Notes under the pieces: generated by a model
What the model was told of the DNA's origin: nothing
The model's input: the letters and a program-made list of their open reading frames with translations, nothing else
The model's database searches: none
Made by a program: the position numbers and the translations under genes
Part shown: positions 10,909 to 22,420 of the stretch, one piece after another
Layout of the letters: every line of letters starts with the position of its first letter
How positions within the stretch are numbered: the stretch's first letter is position 1
Source of the DNA: Botryllus schlosseri
Taxonomy: Eukaryota
Assembly: GCA_051294905.1 (NCBI GenBank)
Contig: CM119384.1
Span: forward strand, 12,400,001-12,464,000
DNA length: 64,000 nt
Direction: 5' to 3'

Positions 10909-13900
10909 GTAACTACAATAGTTTGTATTTTTGTGGACGTAAATAAATGATAAAAATTTCATCAGGAAAACAAAAGTTGATACAGCAGTCAGCGATGCTC
11001 CTGCAGGAACCGCCGATGAACTGAATATAGATGGAGATGGAGCCCAGCTGGGAATAGGCAAGAAGAAGAAACCAAAGAAGAAAAAATTAACGAAGGAAGA
11101 AAAGCAAGCAGTATGTTTACTTTAATTCTTTATCTCAATCACCGTTTGACCTGCAAAATGATTGATTCTACGCTTACGCTTAGGTGGGTGTCTCCACTGG
11201 CGTAGCCAGAGAGGGGCGAAAGGGGCGATCGCTCCCCCCAAATTTTTGGAAACTTTTCGTAAAATCAATAAATATAACAGTATTTTGAGGTAGATGAATG
11301 CAACCTAATAAATTTCTTCGCGCTTTGCGCGATTTAGTGTCCATACACGTCTTGATTTTGTTATCGGTATCCCGAAAAAAATGTTCCTCAAATACCCATA
11401 ATTGAATTTAGCTGCATTCTCATGAGACTACGACAGTACCAGTAGATACACGAGAGTAGCCCGAGGTCGTTGGGTTGATTGGGTCTAGGGGTGGTGTCAG
11501 TTCAGTAAGGGGGTTGGGGACCGTTAGTTCCGGCAATTTCCGTACCGGGACACATGAAGACATTTACAGTAGGCTACATGAGACTCCGCAAAGTCCGTTC
11601 TCAAAATGATTGACAACGATAAAACCGACGCATGTATTCCGAAGCCTTCAATATAGATTTTCGGGTGCTTAAATGGCTGGTGCCTAATGATCCTGCCCCT
11701 GCAATCAGACCCCTCCGACATTAATTCGACTGGCACACCTCCCGTTAAAAAGTGCTAATTTGGAATCGCACGAGTCTGATCAAAGGAGTTTTTTTAGTTT
11801 GGTCTGTATGTAGGCTATCAGCAATTCCAATCTTTAAAGTATAGCATCTTCACGCCCGAGTTTTCTACAATCATTATATTATCACATCACTTTATGTATG
11901 AGTGGAATATTTGCCCCGGATGTTGTGTTAATCATCCAATAAGGGACCAAGACCATCGTTTTAACCTATTTTTTCCTTATCTTTAAGGGGGATGGGCTCA
12001 TTTACGTCATCGAATTTTTCGCCACCCCCAAATATTTTTTCTGGCTACGCCCTTGGGTGTCTCCCAGGGTTTTAACCAAGTCACAAGGTTCTGAGTCACA
12101 AGTCAATCTCAGTTTTATAGTTGAGTAATTTTCAATCCCTCACCGAGTCAAGTCAAAGTCGGCGAGCAGAGGGTCGAGTTATTGTGTGCACTGTTCAGTC
12201 TCGAGTTACCGTAAGTCTTGCTAAACCCACTTTTTACAACTCTGCTTTGCGATATTTACTGCTTCGCATTCATATTTAAATTTTTCTCACTTTTTACAGT
12301 TTCTGGTCGCATTTTCAAGTACCGGTACCTATTACTATTTGACGAAATACCGATAGTGCGTAACTTTACTACTTTTCGAAATCACAATGAAATATCGGTC
12401 TTGGCTGTCCAAGTCTGAAGTCATATGACTTGTTCCTACGCAATGACTCGAGTACAAATTGAGGTTAGTGCACAGATTGATTCAAGTCGAGTCGAGTCAT
12501 TTATTGTATTTGGAGAAAATGACTCGAGTCATTACAAGCCTGGTGTCTCCTACTCCAACACATGTATATATACTTAGTTCTAGATGTGTAACCTTAACAA
12601 GAATGCTATCATGTATATTTTTTCCTGCATTTACTATCATAATTACAGGAGAAACTCGCCAAAAAGTTGTCGAGCTTTCAACAGGATGAGATGAAGTACA
12701 ACGTATTTTGGCACAAAATGGACAAATGGATGAAAGACAACGCTGAAAGAGTGGAAGAAATATTCAAGCATCAAGAGCACGAAGATGAAGGCTGGGTGCC
12801 TCACAATTATTTTAAAGCAGGTCATTTTTTTTCGTCACAGGGATTTGGTGATTGTCATGGGTCGAGATAAGATCTTGCGTATATCAAAGCAATACCATAT
12901 CATGCGCCAGGGGTATGTAACCTTTTTGGAAAGCAGTCCAGATATAGAAAACGTGGCCAAACTGTGGGTCACACGTAAGCCTTCCAGTTGTGATGTCTAA
13001 TCTTATCAATTAAATTCGGTATCACACTACAGACACCGATTGTGAAGAGCTGAAGAGAAATCAAGCATATGCATGATTTGTGTTTTTGTTTTGGCCCTCT
13101 GGTAGCTCACCTCATCTTAGCTCAAACGCATTGGACCTATCTAGAGTGCCTATAGTCCTCAGAGCATTTCAGTCACTAATGTTCGTGTGCATTGAATTTT
13201 ACTCCCAAGTCCAATGTCAATGTCATGTAGTATGTTCTAGAATCTAGATGGAGTATACCTACATAAACAACCCATGGCTTGTATCGTCTTGATAAGTTTG
13301 AAACGGCATGACACCAAGTCTGACATGGTCCAGCGTTAGCCTATACACATCTGCATCTGCGCATTGACTCAAACAACTTGAACTACATAAATTTGTTGCA
13401 TTGAAATTGTCAAAACCGGAAAATTATAGATGACTTGATTTCACTCGAGTCAAAATTTGTAATGACTCAAAATAAGGTAGTGACATGATGTAGTGACTTG
13501 ATCCCAACTCTGCTTAGAATAAGAAAAAATAAATCCACTAATCAGAAATAAGGTCAATGTACTTTTAAGAAGAAAAATGATATAAATAATGTCGGAATGA
13601 CAAGCCTACCTATAGGTCACACTTGTTAGAAAAGCTTGGAATATGCTTTATAAATATTTAAGGTCGCGTTGCTCTTCCCAATATCGACATTCCAACTCTA
13701 TTTGTCAGGAATCATAGACTTGGAATGTCCAGTGACTAATTTGGAGCTGTTCTGCCTCACAAAAATATTGGATCCTGAAGATACCGGATTTGTGCGCTAC
13801 ACCAATTTCCGAGGTGGATTCTTTCATTTCTATTGGCTGTCAATAATTCTGCGTACATTTTCGCGAAAATAATTAGTTCAATAGAGTTTATTGTCAATAA

Positions 13901-16249
13901 TTTTATTCTTTCAAATACCCCACAAGATTGCTATACATTAAAAAAATGGGAAGGTGTCGAAACGACTTGGAGCAGTCTTTGAAATCAGACACCCACATTG
14001 GCATAGGCGATGTGAAGAGGTATGCACATTGAATGAAGAGTAATAGAAGATAACGGGAAAAGAACAAGCGAGAGAAATGAGTGTCCGTTTAAATAGCTGC
14101 ATGTCATCTTCATTATCCTAGTTTTATTGGAATTTTCATCAGATCAAAACACCACAAGATTTCGATATATTTAGCATCCGAGATCTCACGTAAAACCACT
14201 ACAATGATTGGCTTGGCTTGGCATCATTACGGAAATATGTGCGTATAATCAATGGGTGGAGTCGGAGAGTCCCAAAGCTTACATTCTCCAAATTACTATT
14301 TCTTGGAAATAGATTCCAAAACGGCAGTGTCCCTTTTCATGTGCTTTGGAAATTGGTTCAAATATAATTCCAGAGGTAGTCAGTAACGCAGTACTTCTAA
14401 TTTTATAGAGTACTAAAGAACGTTTTGGCTACTTGCATTATTTGCGTAAGTGGTTATGTTCTTACACTATTTCCGCTTCTACTTAACAGTTTTTAAGGCA
14501 AAGCCACTTACATTTTACATTTTGGATTTGCCAAACTGGAAAGTGGTCACGTAAATGTACCCTGCATATTCGGAAGTAACCACCGCCAACTAGGTTCTAG
14601 AAGTACGCGACTCCTTGGCCAAATCTTCTTTTCGAAACTGCTTGAGTTCTTTTGCGGCCTTTATTTCCAGTTTCACTTGAAATGGTTTTGACAGCTCTTG
14701 GAAATCACTATACTTGTACTTGTAATGAGTAGAAATTTTCTTCTACTTCTACCCAAGTAACAACACCGACTACTTTAACCAACTCTGTATAGGTCACCCT
14801 ACAAGTGACTTCCCGAACGAAAAAATGTTAAATTGTGTATTTAAAACAGCGATCTTGGTAACGTTGTAAATAACACATATTCTGACAATTCTTTATATAG
14901 GCAGGCAAATTGAAGCAATACATATTGGGTGATCTAATCGATATGCACGGGATTTGTAATTTGTTTAGCTGGTATGAGGCAGCCCATTCCACCTGATTCT
15001 GACGAGGAAGAAGATTTGCGCCCGGACGATCACAAACCCGGTATCATTTCAGGCAGAGAAAAACTGCCTTTCCATTACATAGGAGACCCCTACCTGGCGA
15101 AATATCCGAGGTAAATTAAGTAATGTTGCGTTGCGTAATTTGCTTATTTTCGCGATGCTATCAGTTTATGATGTTTCTTTCCAGATTAGTCCACCTATCA
15201 ACAAAAATTATATCTGATATTCGGTAATAACCGAATGTCATCAGCCGAGGGGAATTTAGTCACGAGTCTCGCAACGCGCGTGACATAGTTTCGACTAAAT
15301 GCCATCACTCAGTGCTGTAAATCACAAAGTTGTTGATTGTTTTTTTGTATGACGAATGTAGGCTTCAAGATTGCCTGGAAGTGATATTACGTTCCTGGTA
15401 TAGGCCCATTTTGTTGAGTGTTAGCGACATATTTATACCATACAGCGCAACAAAATGCCGACGCTTTCGTCACAATGACGAGCTATTATCGGCCTACACT
15501 GTGTTTACAAATTTTGAAGATGTTTCACAAAATCGAAATCATGCGTACTAACCTTGAACGATTCTAGATATTTGCCCACTTGACAAATGTCGTCACGAAA
15601 AGGAACATTCATTCGCTCGTTTCTTTATCAATATTTCAATTGTCATCAATTTAATACGCCGCGATACTACAGTAGAGTAAAAACATTCGAAACGACATGG
15701 TTAAGTATATGGGTTATTAACTCATTAATGTCACTTAAGAAACAGAGTTTAGGCTGTATTAGCGCTGTATCGTTATCTGTTTCGAAATTGCATACATATT
15801 CTTCATCCGTTGTCAGGTACGTGTCTCTCAACATGATACTAAAAGACTTCAAAGTCCTGCAAAAGCACCCGGGCCATTTTCAGCTGATCGTGCCCAGCCA
15901 CTTGTCGGTGCGCGGCTTGATCAACAAGATAGGCGAGCTCTCGGAAATCACCAGCGGCCAACTGCGTGTGTACGCCAGTCCAGAGTGCACGCAAGAGAAC
16001 TGCCTCCATCCGCGGCTGTCGCTGGAAGACTGCGGCTTTGAAGGCGGGCCGCAGTGGGCCCCGCAGCACGGGGAATTGTTTTACGACTACTTCGTGGAAT
16101 ACGACGACTGCCCGCTGCTGAACTGCGATTTCTACTTCGGGCAAAGTAAGAAACCGGCCAATCCGGTGTTGAAAGGCGCTTACCCGGACTATGAACAACG
16201 CCTAGCCAAGAACAGACGAAAGTCACGTGACAGCGAGGCGGATTTTTAA
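10871..16249 (+). CDS. Uncharacterised 344-aa protein: Lys-rich N-terminus, degenerate EF-hand pair, ubiquitin-like C-terminal domain
   Basis: Exons 10871-10908, 10966-11110, 12649-12820, 13709-13813, 14969-15110, 15817-16249 have GT-AG ends and splice in frame (1035 nt) to TAA; ATTAAA at 16310-16315. Domain calls are by pattern only. Confidence 0.82.
10966..11110 (+). CDS. EF/UBL gene exon 2
   Basis: KTKVDTAVSDAPAG...KKKKLTKEEKQA, donor GTATGT. Confidence 0.8.
11195..12055. mobile_element. Non-autonomous hAT element, 861 bp
   Basis: TIR CACTGGCGTAGCCAGA / reverse CAAGGGCGTAGCCAGA; exact TSD GGTGTCTC at 11187-11194 and 12056-12063. Confidence 0.9.
12065..12542. mobile_element. hAT MITE, 478 bp (GAGTC-rich family)
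   Basis: Ends CAGGGTT...AAGCCTG; exact TSD GTGTCTCC at 12057-12064 and 12543-12550. Confidence 0.88.
12649..12820 (+). CDS. EF/UBL gene exon 3
   Basis: EKLAKKLSSFQQDE...VEEIFKHQEHEDEGWVPHNYFKA, first EF-like helix-loop; weak donor GTCATT. Confidence 0.8.
13709..13813 (+). CDS. EF/UBL gene exon 4
   Basis: GIIDLECPVTNLELFCLTKILDPEDTGFVRYTNFR, second EF-like loop DPEDTGFVRYTNF. Confidence 0.8.
14371..14787. mobile_element. Older hAT MITE of the high-copy CAGAGGTGGTCAGTAAC family
   Basis: CAGAGGTAGTCAGTAAC...AACCAACTCTG; degraded TSD TATAATTC/TATAGGTC. Related TACTTC/AGTAG-rich fragments at ~4200-4305, 5668-5910, 23240-23312, 39620-39957, 42200-42330, 55385-55520, 61070-61240. Confidence 0.65.
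14969..15110 (+). CDS. EF/UBL gene exon 5
   Basis: AGMRQPIPPDSDEEEDLRPDD...YLAKYPR, donor GTAAAT. Confidence 0.82.
15817..16249 (+). CDS. EF/UBL gene last exon (ubiquitin-like fold)
   Basis: YVSLNMIL...HFQLIVPSHLSVRGLINKIGEL...QLRVY...LSLEDCGFEGG...ELFYDY...DCPLLNCDFYF; GC-rich codon usage. Confidence 0.88.
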
Positions 16250-16993
16250 AAGGCTGGCCGTAATTGTGACACTTCTGTGTATCCGTGTATATCTCGTAAA
16301 GACTTTGTTATTAAACAGCCTAATCTACAGACGCAGTGTTTCCGAGCCAGCCTAGCGCTTCTGTAGAGGTGTGCCGTGAATGATAGCGCTTCTCTGCCTT
16401 CATTCCTACCTTGTTTTATTCTTTGTGTAAATTATCGCTCACAGTATTATTATTACAAGGATTTCATCGCGTGGTCTGCTCTTTTCTTTGATACGTGTAC
16501 TGCACAATTGCGGGAATATAAGGGAATATAAGCTTACGCCATAACGGTCTAGGCCAGGCCGGACAATGTATTCGGCGGCTGAGTGTTGCTACGTTGATAT
16601 TGAGCAGAGCGTAAAACGGGTTTTACCACATTAACAGGTTATACAGCGGTAGGACTATAGCCCACACTTCAATCGCGCGTATTTGGTTTCTATGGCAATA
16701 TACATATGAAGTCGAGATCACTGAGCTATATAAACACTGGAGTGCGTTACTCGCGATATTTGCGTGATCGATTGGCCGCCATCTTTGGGTTAAGTTGATA
16801 GTTGCGCGTTAAGCTGGTAGTCAAGGCAGAAGTGGTTGGTTGATGTGACTGTTTAGATTACTCTTTGGCCTGGGCATATCGATTTCGATGGTTCGGACAA
16901 GATATGGTTATATATGTGTCACCGTATGTATTCATTTGCAAATATCTTCCTGACGTAGATTGCTTAACTCGTTGTATCCAGGTAAATAAACAT

Positions 16994-17667
16994 ATGCTTC
17001 TACTCAAAAACTCCTGCTGGCCTTGAGTGCTGTTTTCACAATTACTGGGATAAGTCAATTGTCATGGCATTGATAATTCGATTTGAATATGATACCGGTA
17101 ATCCTAAGGGAGCGTGGTAATGTTGTCTTCTCTATCCCTACAGCTTCAGTTTCAGGTACTGTGTATGGCAATTTGATTTGGATATGATGCCATTAATCCT
17201 AAGGGAGCTTGGTAATGCAGTCTTCTCTATACCTACAGCTTCAGTTTCAGGTACTGTGTATGGCAATTTCATTTGGATATGATGCCATTAATCCGGAGGG
17301 AGCTTGCTGATGTTGTCTTTTTACTCATTATAGCTTCAGTTTCATGTACTGCGTCCTCGAATTATTGTTGTTGCAAGCACACACTGTAATTTACTATTCT
17401 TACAAATCTTGAAAACCAGCGAACAGGCACATCTCAAGTATAAATAATTACCAAGCTATATCAAATGATTGCAATGGATAATGTCAGTTTTGTTGTTATT
17501 TCCCAGGTACAGTATCTATAGGTAGTAAAAGCATCTACGGCTATGACCACCAGCTTCAAGTTATTACCGGAGACTGCCTCAGAATCACCCTGGCCTCGAC
17601 TCGAAATCTTCTCACTACAATGGCGCTGATGTCAATGCTGTCGCTGCCAGCTACGTGGAGGCTATGA
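16994..17667 (+). pseudogene. Candidate small secreted-peptide micro-exon gene, frameshifted at its start
   Basis: TATATAAA 16727-16734; hydrophobic stretch STQKLLLALSAVFTITG one base out of frame with ATG 16994; 12-nt AG/GT-flanked units at 17144-17155, 17239-17250, 17334-17345; strong acceptor before 17507; AATAAA 17781-17786. Confidence 0.35.
17085..17350 (+). repeat. 95-bp tandem repeat, ~2.7 copies
   Basis: AATCC(T/G)...GGGAGC...CAGCTTCAGTTTCAGGTACTG unit starts at 17100, 17195, 17290. Confidence 0.92.
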
Positions 17668-18539
17668 ATACCACCGGCGGAGGAAAATTCAGCATCATGT
17701 GACATGATGAAGGCACAGCTACAATCAAACTTACACCATCTAATTGTTATTCTACTTATTCATTGTGTCAAAGTAGTCGAAATAAATCGTAGAAAGTGAG
17801 GATATGTGAGTTATGTGTAGCAATATGGGTTACTGGGTTAGCGATTTCTGCAGAGGTGATCAAATGAGAGAAATAATATATTTATATCATTAAATGAGAG
17901 AAACAAGATGAATGTAGGAGTCCTTATTTAGATCGGGGTAAAATTGCCTAGTGCTCACTGAAATTGACGCTATGTTGGTTAGAGCAATCTGCGCTCGGAG
18001 TTTATTATCGTTATTGATTTGATTGGATCAATCATCGATGAAAAGATGGCAAGGTAAAGCAACGACCTGAGGAAATCTACACCCACCCACCTTTCCTTGC
18101 CTGCTAGATGAAGCATTCCTACTTGGTGCGTTACCAACCATTTTTTCTGGGATCACGCAGTTGCTGCCTACCTTCCTTCCCTACAAGACGATGCATTACA
18201 ACCTGGCTTTCGATCAACTATTTCTGGGATCACATGAAATACCACGCTGTACTGTCTCGTACCCAAACTTTCGTTTTCAGAAACACTAGCTTCAGTCACG
18301 ACAAACGCAAGGTTTTGAATGATTTTTCTTTTAAAATAAGTAACATAAAAAAATAAAAACAGAAATTAATTAATTGTTATTGACTTGACGTCACCCTCGA
18401 CGTAATTGAGGGTGATCTGAAAGTAAAATGTGGGATAAGTAAGGGCTTAATATCTGCAAACGAGGTACAGTAAACGAACCAATTCTGATCGTCATTGCAA
18501 TTTAATAGACCAAATTTGCTGACCACGCCCATCCAGCAA

Positions 18540-19617
18540 AGTACCCATTCTGCTAGGCAGTTTCTGATGAGTTTGAGCATTTGACAAGTATCTAAAATTA
18601 CTTGGATTTGATGATTGGGTAAATATGGACCAGGAAAACTAGACTCAATGTTCCTGGACGATATGTTTGCCCGCAATGAGGAAAGCATAGCGGAGTGGCA
18701 GGAAAGCCCGTCGCATGTCAATGAAGCAACAGTTGCACCAGTTTCGCTAACCTTGTTCATCCAAATTTGCTAGTTCCGATCCTGTCAAACCATTAATGAA
18801 AAAGTATCCAAGCGGAATCTTCCAGGATGAATTGACGCAAACAGCCATACAAAACTTATACATCTTTTGTCAGTCGGATGGGGAAGAGCGAGTTGAAAAT
18901 TTTGACGCACAAAATTGTATGCCTTAGCAGAATAATACTGCAGCGCCATTGCAAAAATATTGCAGTTCTTTAGAGTATTTGACTCCTCTTCCACCAACTT
19001 GTAGCTTCATGCGCTGTAACAGCTCACTTGGTAGACGTCTGAATTTGTGTGACATCACTTTTCCACACAAATCGCTGATCAAATTATTTTTTTTCAGAGA
19101 TGCAATGACCTCGTCCAGAGTTTTCACTTTTTTCCTCAGGCGGCATGTCCTCATTTTGGCAGCATGCAGCCCCTTTTTACTTTGTACCACTCTACGGCGT
19201 TGCGGTTGAACGAGTTTTTGAGGAGAGGTACGTGCACAGTAACTGTGGTCGTGGAGAACTGCTTCACCGGTTTGTGCTTTACAATAACGTTTCTTATCTT
19301 AAAGTGTTGCTGGTCTCGCTGGCCGTTTGTTGGAAGCCTGAAATTCACGAATTTCACATCAACAGAGGCTAGGGTAAGGGTATACTAATATAAACTTAAC
19401 TTTAGAAGTAAATTTATAAATGTCTACTGTTCCTTTGACCTCATATATTTCGGGAAGTTCAGAAATCTCGTTGGCACCGCATTCTCTCTCAAACGTATCA
19501 ACTGGCCCACATGGTAAATGGCACTCTCCGGAAAATGATCGGAGCAGATAACTGACGATCTTGATGGAACCCAGTTTTTTCTAACATCTTCCTTTCAGCG
19601 ATTCATTAGTAGGAAAC
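18540..19617 (-). pseudogene. Degenerate THAP-domain P-element (THAP9-like) transposase
   Basis: THAP C-terminal half WVPSRSSVICSDHF...LRENAVPTRF (19617-19430); coiled region; ALQYYSAKAYNFVRQNFQLALPHP; ASLTCDG...VILDTCQMLKLIRN. Frameshifts, a stop and an internal deletion are present. Confidence 0.85.
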
Positions 19618-21951
19618 CTGCATTATACGGAGCATTGTATGAAGCAAATCACACTAAATAGTCAATTTTTTGTTATGAGGTACGATAAAAGCAGAAGGGA
19701 CATAAAATAACTTGTCTGATAAAAGTATACATCTGCCACTTTTCACTCCATAGGCTATTGTATTCAAGATTGACGCAGCCTTCTAAAGCTAAAGCAGTTC
19801 AAAGGTAAACCTTGAAAAATATTTTTGAATAAATAAATTGACAGTTTAGCACAAAGCTATAAGGACTATATTGATGAACTCGACTATGGAATTTGCAAAT
19901 TCCACAGTATTTGTTTAGCATCTGAAAAAAAAATCCTGTTTTAACTATGCTGATGAAAACCCATAGGCCATAAATTGAATCTTTTCCTTGTATTCCTACT
20001 CTTGCCTACATAGCATAAGCAAGAATTGAATACTAAACTGATTATTGGCCGAACTGCTTGTACTCGATCATGGACAAAATACGAACAGTGAGATGGACAT
20101 TATTACAGATATTGATGATGAACATTACATAGAAGATATGGTGACACGGATTTCTGCTTGTAGTCTGGTCTGGTCATTTCATCCATATAGCTGCAACGAA
20201 ATGTTCTGCTATCACTTTACCATGACCTGTTCATTACAACTGTGACTGATCTGGGCATGTCTGGCTGCTATGCTTTATTCTGTTATTCACTTACCGGTGA
20301 AAATTTCTGGGGTATCGACGCTTTACTATCGACTCTTCAGCACTACTGCCGTTACTATTACTTCTTGCATACGACTCACTGGATATCTTCTTCCGCCTTT
20401 TACTACACCCATATATGCACAGCAAAGGCTACCACTACCACCTGATAAACGTACTATCTTCGACATGTCGAATTACACAGAATATCAATATACTGACACG
20501 AGATATTGGGCTGAAACAAATCCTGAATGTTGGAATAATTAGTCATTCAAAGCTCTATACGCATACAATACTACAGAACCAACACGAATCAAATATATTC
20601 AAACACTGACCGCTTTTCCATAAGCCCCCATACTAAATCGATTAACCGAGTACCCACAATGCATCTGCGCATGGGGATCACGCAAATTTGCTTAGCCGGA
20701 GATAGCAGTAGTTCGGGGCTTGGTCGAGATGGACCCCGTACGTATGCTACATTTTTTACATCTAACAAACAACGATATCAATTTTATTGATTGGTTGAAT
20801 AAGCATCAATCGCTGACTACATGAAGCGTATTTCGCTCTTGATGTGTGATTGCGGGTCAAGCTCACAGCAGCGAGTCACTAAATATTCACAAACAGAGCG
20901 CTGGATATTTGGAACAAACTTTTGTAACAAAGCAGGCAAAATGTTCGAGATTGTCAAGGTGCTGCTGGTTTAGTGTTGATTTTTGATATGCTGTCAGCGC
21001 CATGCATAGAGTGGCCCGCAGTTAAAATGCAATTAATTTCAACCAAAGATGTTATAATGACGTGAAAATTGTTATATATGAAAAAGGTTCACACTGCAGA
21101 ACCTACCAAGGTTCGCTTGTGAACGTGAACCTCTAAATTTCCGAGGTTCACACACAGAACGCGAACGTGAACCTCACGTTCACACCATCCCTATCCTGTA
21201 CCCACTTAAGTTCCGATGTCAGAACATTCAATCCGGTGATACAGTCAATTCATGTGACTCGTACATTGTGTAGAACAATGTGACTCCATACTTGCCACCA
21301 CGTCTCAGGTCTCATCAGATTCAGACGAAAAGTTTAATGTAGCCTACGTATCGAATATATTCGACAATATGAATATCTTTTCGAGCGTATAACATAGGGT
21401 TACCATGCGTCCTCTTTTAAGAGGATTTGTCCTCTTTTTTGACTTTTTTGAAAGTGTCCTCGGAGGACGCCCTTTTGTCCTCATTTTTGAGATTTTGTTC
21501 GATTTGGAGGAAATTGCGAGTGATATGCCGTAAATTAGCACAGAAGTGACACTCCGGCGGGTATTTCAGAGTGAAAAACGGTGAATTTAGCTCTGAGCGA
21601 AAAGATGACCTTTTTTTTTTTAGTCATCCACCTAGCAATGTGTAGAGAAAATCGATATTTTGAGCTCCGAGCGGACCGGTTTTGCAAGTCTCAAATTTAA
21701 CCGAACTTCCAATAATTCTGGGGCCCACCTCAAATGCTCCTATGGCCCACTGTTTGAGAGCCCCTGCTCTTAGCTTTACAACTGACTGGCTTCACTGACT
21801 CAACAGCCGCTCGGACACTTTACTACAAACACTGGATTCTGTTTCGAATCACTACTGTTTTCGATTTTGTCATTCTCTTTTGAAAACCTCCCAAACCCCC
21901 TGCACAAAAGTCAAGACAAGCGATCGACGATTCAAAAAACAACTTTTCGTA

Positions 21952-21957
21952 TTTATT
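21952..21957 (-). terminator. Candidate polyadenylation signal of VGLL4 (AATAAA)
   Basis: AATAAA on the minus strand ~460 nt after the stop, just before the TE-rich block starts. Confidence 0.4.
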
Positions 21958-22420
21958 CGCAGTTAATGTTGGGGGAAAGGCACAGTCTTGCAACAATAGC
22001 GAGTAACAACAACAAAGAATCACCGGGGCCCCCAGCCGCAGCCCCACCGGACGACAGGCCGGTCTCGCGTCCGTGCGAGTAGCAGAAACGACAAAAGCAA
22101 GGTAGCCACAGAAAGAAAAACAAGCGTACGCGAAAGGCGCGTTCAGACCTACGCCAAAGCAAAACTCACATCGCATGATTGCTATAATACACGTCCACAC
22201 GACGCGACACAACGCAACGAAACGCGAAGCTACACGACGCGATGTCGCAACCCTCTGCTTGTAAAACATCTGGCGGTTTTCCAGAGCCCGATTTCGGAAA
22301 CAACCGCCCCAATAACCTCGACCAAACTTCCAATTATCCGGCTCGCGGGCGCGGGACCCGCGCGCCGTTTCCTCGCCCCGCGCGGAGACATCTCCAGTTT
22401 TGACGCGACTGCCTTTCGTG

